A stretch of 16,650 bases of DNA, from positions 1 to 16,650 of the forward strand of contig JAOPVZ010000272.1 in the NCBI GenBank assembly GCA_025965935.1, in the 5' to 3' direction. The position numbers and the translations under genes are program-made. Positions 12,609 through 16,650 of this stretch are shown here, piece after piece; the stretch's first letter is position 1, and each line of letters starts with the position of its first letter. Source of the stretch: Frankiales bacterium. Its GTDB lineage: Bacteria > Actinomycetota > Actinomycetes > Mycobacteriales > SCTD01. Below the pieces are notes generated by a model. That model was not told the origin of the DNA, did no database searches, and saw nothing but the letters and a program-made list of their open reading frames with translations.

Positions 12609-15600
12609 ATGACCTGGAGCCCCTCCGTGACCGCAGTGGACGACCGTCCCGCACGCAAGCTCTACACGCCCGCCGACCGGTACGTCCCGGGCGCCCGTCC
12701 GGTGCTGCTGACCGGTGTGCAGGCGATCGCGCGCTTCCTCGTCGAGCAGAACGTCCGCGACCGGGCCGCGGGCCGCAACGTGGCGTCACTGCTGTCCGGC
12801 TACCCCGGCTCGCCGCTGGGCGGTCTCGACAAGCTGCTGCACGGGCTCCCGCAGCTCAAGAGCGCCCACCAGATCCACCTCGTCCCCGGCCTCAACGAGG
12901 AACTCGGGGCCACCGCGGTCTGGGGCAGCCAGCAGGTCCCCGGCACCATGAACGTCGACGGCGTCCTCGGGGTCTGGTACGGCAAGGGCCCCGGCGTCGA
13001 CCGATCCGGCGACGCCCTCCGGCACGGCAACACTTACGGCGCCAATGCCGGCGGCGGCGTGCTCGTCATGGCGGGTGACGACCCGGGTGCCAAGTCCTCC
13101 ACGGTCCCGTGCACCTCCGAGCGGACCCTGGCCTCCTTCGGCATGCCGGTCCTCACGCCGCGCAACGGCGAGGAGCTCATCGCCTTCGGGATGTACGGCG
13201 TGGCACTGAGCAGGTTGTCCGGCTGCTTCGTCGGCATCAAGGTCCTGGCCGATGTCGCCGACGGGCTGTGGACCGTCGACAAGGACTTCCAGGCAGTCGA
13301 CATCACCGTCCCGCAGGTCGAGTGGAACGGTCGGCCCTGGACCTACCAGCAGTACCTGTTGAAGGACCCGCGCGACTCGGTCGTCGCCGAGGCCGCCCTC
13401 GTGGGGCCGCGGTGGGAGGCAGTGCAGGCGTTCGGCGCAGCCAACCCGCTGGACGAGATCACTGCCGACGCACCGGGGGCGCGCTTCGGCATCGTCAGCA
13501 CCGGCACGGCCTACGACGCGACGCTGCAGGAGCTGCGCGACCTGGGCATCACCGACCCTGCGGCGGTCGGCATAAGGGTGCTCCGGGTCGGCATGCCGTA
13601 CCCGCTCGGCGCCGGCCTGGTCCGCCAGTTCGCGCAGGGCCTCGAGCAGCTCCTCGTCGTGGAGGAGAAGACCTCGTTCCTCGAGGCGCAGATCAAGGAC
13701 GTCCTGTACGGCTTGACGGGGGCCCCTGCCGTGCACGGCAAGAGGGGCCCGGATGGCCGGCTGCTCGTGCCTGCTGACGGGCAGGTCTCGGCCGACCGCT
13801 TGGACGGCGTCCTCCGCTCGCTGCTGGAGGGCTGGGTTCCCTTGGCCCCCAGGCGTTCTGGCCCGCGGCTGCAGCTGTCGATCAGTCCGGTCAAGCGCGT
13901 CCCGTACTTCTGCTCCGGCTGCCCGCACAACACCTCGACACCGGTGCCTTCAGGCTCCCTCGCCTCAGGCGGCATCGGCTGCCACACGATGGTCACCCTC
14001 GCCGAGCGCCCCGACCAGAGCGTCCTCGGCCTGACCCAGATGGGCGGGGAGGGAAGCCAGTGGGTCGGCCAGCACCTGTTCACCGACGTCGAGCACATCT
14101 TCCAGAACGTCGGGGACGGGACCTTCGCGCACTCGGCTCAGCTGGCGGTGCAGTTCTGCGTCGCCGCAGGCGTGAACATCACCTACAAGATCCTCTACAA
14201 CTCGGTCGTCGCGATGACCGGTGCGCAGCACGCCGAGGGCGGTCTGTCGGTCGAGAAGCTGACGCACAAACTGCACGCCGAGGGCGTCGCGCGCATCGTG
14301 GTCGTGACCGACGAGCCTCGCAAGCACCGGAAGTCGTCGTTCGCCCCGGGCGTCACCGTCCGGCACCGCGACCAGATGGACGCCGTGCAGAAAGAGCTCC
14401 GCGAGGTCCCTGGAACCACGATCCTCATCTACGACCAGCAGTGCGCCAACGAGGCGCGGCGGCTGCGCAAGCGCGGCAAGCAGGAGGTCCGCTCGACCCG
14501 CGTCATCATCGACGAGGCGACCTGCGAGGGCTGCGGCGACTGCGGCCAGAAGAGCAACTGCCTGTCGGTGCAGCCGGTCGAGACCGAGCTCGGTCGCAAG
14601 ACCCGGATCGACCAGACCTCCTGCAACACCGACTACTCCTGCCTCAAGGGCGACTGCCCGTCCTTCCTCACCGTCCAGGCCGTCTCGAAGAAGCCCACCC
14701 GCAAGGCGACACCGGAAGCCCCGTCGGTCGCGGAGCCGGTCCTCGCGGCCAGCGCCGACGTCTTCCTGGCGGGCATCGGCGGGACCGGCATCGTCACCGT
14801 CAACCAGCTGCTAGCGACCGCAGCGCTGCGGCACGACCTCGACACCACCGGGCTCTCCGGGCTCGACCAGGTCGGTCTGTCGCAGAAGGCCGGTCCCGTG
14901 ACCAGCCACCTGCGCTGCGGCGACAAGGGCCCGGCCAACCGGGTCGGTCACGCCACCGCCGATGTCGTGCTCGCCTTCGACGCGCTCGTCATGGCGGACC
15001 AGAAGAACCTCGCGGTCTGCTCACCGGAGTTCACGATCGCGGTCGTCTCGACGTCGGAGACCCCGACCGGTACGCAGGTCGCCGACGCGCAGGCACCCAA
15101 GACCGACGTCCCGGGCCAGGTCCGCAAGATCCGCGACTCGGTCGTGAAGGTCTTCGAGATCGATGCGCTCGCCGCCAGCGAGCAGCTCTTCGGCTCGACC
15201 GCCCCCGCCAACCTGCTGCTCGTGGGAGCGGCCTACCAGCTCGGCGTGCTCCCCTTCCCCGCCGCCGCGATCGAGGACGCCATCGACCTCAACGGGGTGG
15301 CGGTCAAGGCGAACGTCGCCGCCTTCCGCTGGGGCCGCGTCGCCGTCGCGGACCCGGGTGCCTTCGCGGCCGCCACCACCGCGACGTCGGCTACGCCGAA
15401 GCGGGTGTTTGCACTGGGCGACTCGCCGCTCGAGGACGAGACCCGGCGGTTGGTCGAGGTGCGCGCGCAGCTGCTGCTCGAGCACTCCGGCCTGCGTGCG
15501 GCCCGGGACTACGTCGCGGTCGTCGAGCGCGCCTGGGCGGCCGAGCGGGCGATCATGGTCGCCACCGACTACTCGCAGGCCGTCGCCCGCGGCGTCGCGC

Positions 15601-16043
15601 ACTTCGCGGCGTACAAGGACGAGTACGAGGTCGCCCGTCTCCTCACCCGCCCCGAGCTGCTCGCCGAGGTGCAGGCCCAGGTCCCCGGTGCCACCAAGGT
15701 CCAGTACAACCTGCACCCGCCGGCATTGCGCGCGATGGGGATGGACCGCAAGCTCAAGCTCGGCGCCTGGTCGCGGCCGGTGCTGAAGGCGACCGCCCGC
15801 GGGAGGTTCCTGCGCGGCACCCGGCTCGACCCGTTCGGTCGCGGCGAGGTCCGCCGGGTCGAGCGCGAGCTGCTCGCCTCGCACACCGCCCTCGTCGAGC
15901 AGCTGTCTGCGTCGCTGACCGTCGAGTCCTACGCGACCGCCGTCTCCGTGGCCGGCGCTGCCGAGCTCGTCCGCGGCTTCGAGGACGTCAAGCTCCGCAA
16001 CGTCGCGCGCTACCGCGAGACCCTCGCCGCCCTCGGCGTCTGA
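12609..16043 (+). CDS. Indolepyruvate ferredoxin oxidoreductase family protein, a fused IorA/IorB-like 2-oxoacid:ferredoxin oxidoreductase (1144 aa).
   Basis: The N-terminal TPP-binding/IorA-like region is present (RPVLLTGVQAIARFLVEQ...GYPGSPLGG...). An embedded 4Fe-4S ferredoxin cysteine cluster reads CEGCGDCGQKSNCLSVQPV...CNTDYSCLKGDCPSF. The long C-terminal IorB-like region and the adjacent Lrp regulator gene make a typical actinobacterial arrangement. Confidence 0.9.
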   Translation: MTWSPSVTAVDDRPARKLYTPADRYVPGARPVLLTGVQAIARFLVEQNVRDRAAGRNVASLLSGYPGSPLGGLDKLLHGLPQLKSAHQIHLVPGLNEELGATAVWGSQQVPGTMNVDGVLGVWYGKGPGVDRSGDALRHGNTYGANAGGGVLVMAGDDPGAKSSTVPCTSERTLASFGMPVLTPRNGEELIAFGMYGVALSRLSGCFVGIKVLADVADGLWTVDKDFQAVDITVPQVEWNGRPWTYQQYLLKDPRDSVVAEAALVGPRWEAVQAFGAANPLDEITADAPGARFGIVSTGTAYDATLQELRDLGITDPAAVGIRVLRVGMPYPLGAGLVRQFAQGLEQLLVVEEKTSFLEAQIKDVLYGLTGAPAVHGKRGPDGRLLVPADGQVSADRLDGVLRSLLEGWVPLAPRRSGPRLQLSISPVKRVPYFCSGCPHNTSTPVPSGSLASGGIGCHTMVTLAERPDQSVLGLTQMGGEGSQWVGQHLFTDVEHIFQNVGDGTFAHSAQLAVQFCVAAGVNITYKILYNSVVAMTGAQHAEGGLSVEKLTHKLHAEGVARIVVVTDEPRKHRKSSFAPGVTVRHRDQMDAVQKELREVPGTTILIYDQQCANEARRLRKRGKQEVRSTRVIIDEATCEGCGDCGQKSNCLSVQPVETELGRKTRIDQTSCNTDYSCLKGDCPSFLTVQAVSKKPTRKATPEAPSVAEPVLAASADVFLAGIGGTGIVTVNQLLATAALRHDLDTTGLSGLDQVGLSQKAGPVTSHLRCGDKGPANRVGHATADVVLAFDALVMADQKNLAVCSPEFTIAVVSTSETPTGTQVADAQAPKTDVPGQVRKIRDSVVKVFEIDALAASEQLFGSTAPANLLLVGAAYQLGVLPFPAAAIEDAIDLNGVAVKANVAAFRWGRVAVADPGAFAAATTATSATPKRVFALGDSPLEDETRRLVEVRAQLLLEHSGLRAARDYVAVVERAWAAERAIMVATDYSQAVARGVAHFAAYKDEYEVARLLTRPELLAEVQAQVPGATKVQYNLHPPALRAMGMDRKLKLGAWSRPVLKATARGRFLRGTRLDPFGRGEVRRVERELLASHTALVEQLSASLTVESYATAVSVAGAAELVRGFEDVKLRNVARYRETLAALGV

Positions 16044-16081
16044 GCCGTCGGCGAAGCACGGGCCTGGCAGCATCGCCGATC

Positions 16082-16561
16082 ATGTCGGTGGCGGAGTCGG
16101 GAATTGAGATCGGGGTCGGCGACCCCAGCCGCGAGGACGTCCGCCGGCTGGTGCAGGTGCACCGCGAGTGGTCGCTGCAGCAGACACCACCTGAGTTCAG
16201 CTTCTCGGTCGCGCCGGACGCCGTCGGGGAGGCCGGCATCACGCTGTTCACGGCCCGCTCGCCGGACGGCGAGCTGCTCGGCGTCGGTGGGCTGAAGCAG
16301 CTGGACTCCCGCCACGGCGAGGTCAAGACGATGCACAGCGCAGCCGCGGCCCGAGGCCGTGGTGTCGGCCGGGCGCTGCTGAACGCCCTCCTCGACGAGG
16401 CGCGCCGACGCGGCTACACCCGCGTCAGCCTCGAGACCGGCACGACCAGCGCGTTCCAGCCCGCGCGAGCCCTCTACGAGTCCGCCGGGTTCCTGCCGAG
16501 CGAGCCGTTCGCCGGCTACGCCAACACCGACCACAACCTGTGCATGACGCTGGCCCTCTGA
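16082..16561 (+). CDS. GNAT-family N-acetyltransferase.
   Basis: MSVAESGIEIGVGDPS...GELLGVGGLKQLDSRHGEVKTMHSAAAARGRGVGRALLNALLDEARRRGYTRVSLETG carries the acetyl-CoA-binding motif A (R/Q-x-x-G-x-G/A). The ATG is at 16082 and the stop is at 16559-16561. Confidence 0.85.
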   Translation: MSVAESGIEIGVGDPSREDVRRLVQVHREWSLQQTPPEFSFSVAPDAVGEAGITLFTARSPDGELLGVGGLKQLDSRHGEVKTMHSAAAARGRGVGRALLNALLDEARRRGYTRVSLETGTTSAFQPARALYESAGFLPSEPFAGYANTDHNLCMTLAL

Positions 16562-16650
16562 GCGCCCAGCCGTTGGCGAGCTTGGCAGCAAGGCGATCGG
16601 AAGTGCAGATGCCCGACACGTGCCTCGCCAGACTGATCAGCTGAGAACTG

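Noticed and set aside
12786-13928. A 380-aa minus ORF antisense to the oxidoreductase gene, and an 833-aa plus ORF (14060-16561) in an alternative frame.
   Set aside because: Both are antisense or out of frame to a strongly supported 1144-aa CDS. Their composition is Arg/Pro/Gly-rich and they have no domains. The plus-strand one only makes sense in its last 159 codons, which form the GNAT gene.
1-16650. CRISPR arrays, IS elements, transposases or integrases.
   Set aside because: There are no short regularly spaced repeats, no DDE or tyrosine/serine recombinase-like ORFs in any frame, and no terminal inverted repeats bounding a transposase-sized ORF.

Overview
This is a high-GC actinobacterial chromosomal segment that reads as a mosaic stress-defence region flanked by ordinary metabolic genes. 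I annotated everything by hand from the six-frame ORF track and motif recognition; I ran no search.

Gene order, left to right:
- A partial thiolase gene (minus strand), running off the window edge.
- An atypical tRNA-Lys(UUU)-like gene with a long variable arm, 52 bp upstream of a small HNH endonuclease gene.
- A decayed arsC paralog.
- A DyP peroxidase cargo plus family-1 encapsulin shell operon (a known nanocompartment), preceded by unusual direct and inverted repeats.
- A coiled-coil hypothetical gene with a strong ribosome-binding site.
- A minus-strand arsR, aquaglyceroporin, arsC operon with overlapping start and stop codons.
- A divergent arsI/cadI-like carbon-arsenic lyase gene.
- An Ada-AlkA fusion gene, then ogt, then a GH3 beta-glucosidase gene, joined by overlapping stop/start codons.
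- An abrupt junction at about 11100, where a 56-aa N-terminal fragment of an ABC ATPase (intact Walker A, coupled to an upstream SDR gene) ends against the converging GH3 gene.
- An Lrp/AsnC regulator, a large indolepyruvate-ferredoxin-oxidoreductase-family gene and a GNAT acetyltransferase gene.

There is no integrase, transposase or CRISPR array. Many long ORFs in the track lie antisense or out of frame to these genes and are GC-driven artefacts.

The points most worth follow-up are:
- the odd tRNA-like element beside the HNH gene;
- the clean ABC-gene truncation, which marks a recombination junction;
- the duplicated and frameshifted arsC copy;
- the 11-bp inverted repeat and 21-bp tandem repeats upstream of the encapsulin operon;
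- the uncharacterised coiled-coil gene beside the encapsulin operon.
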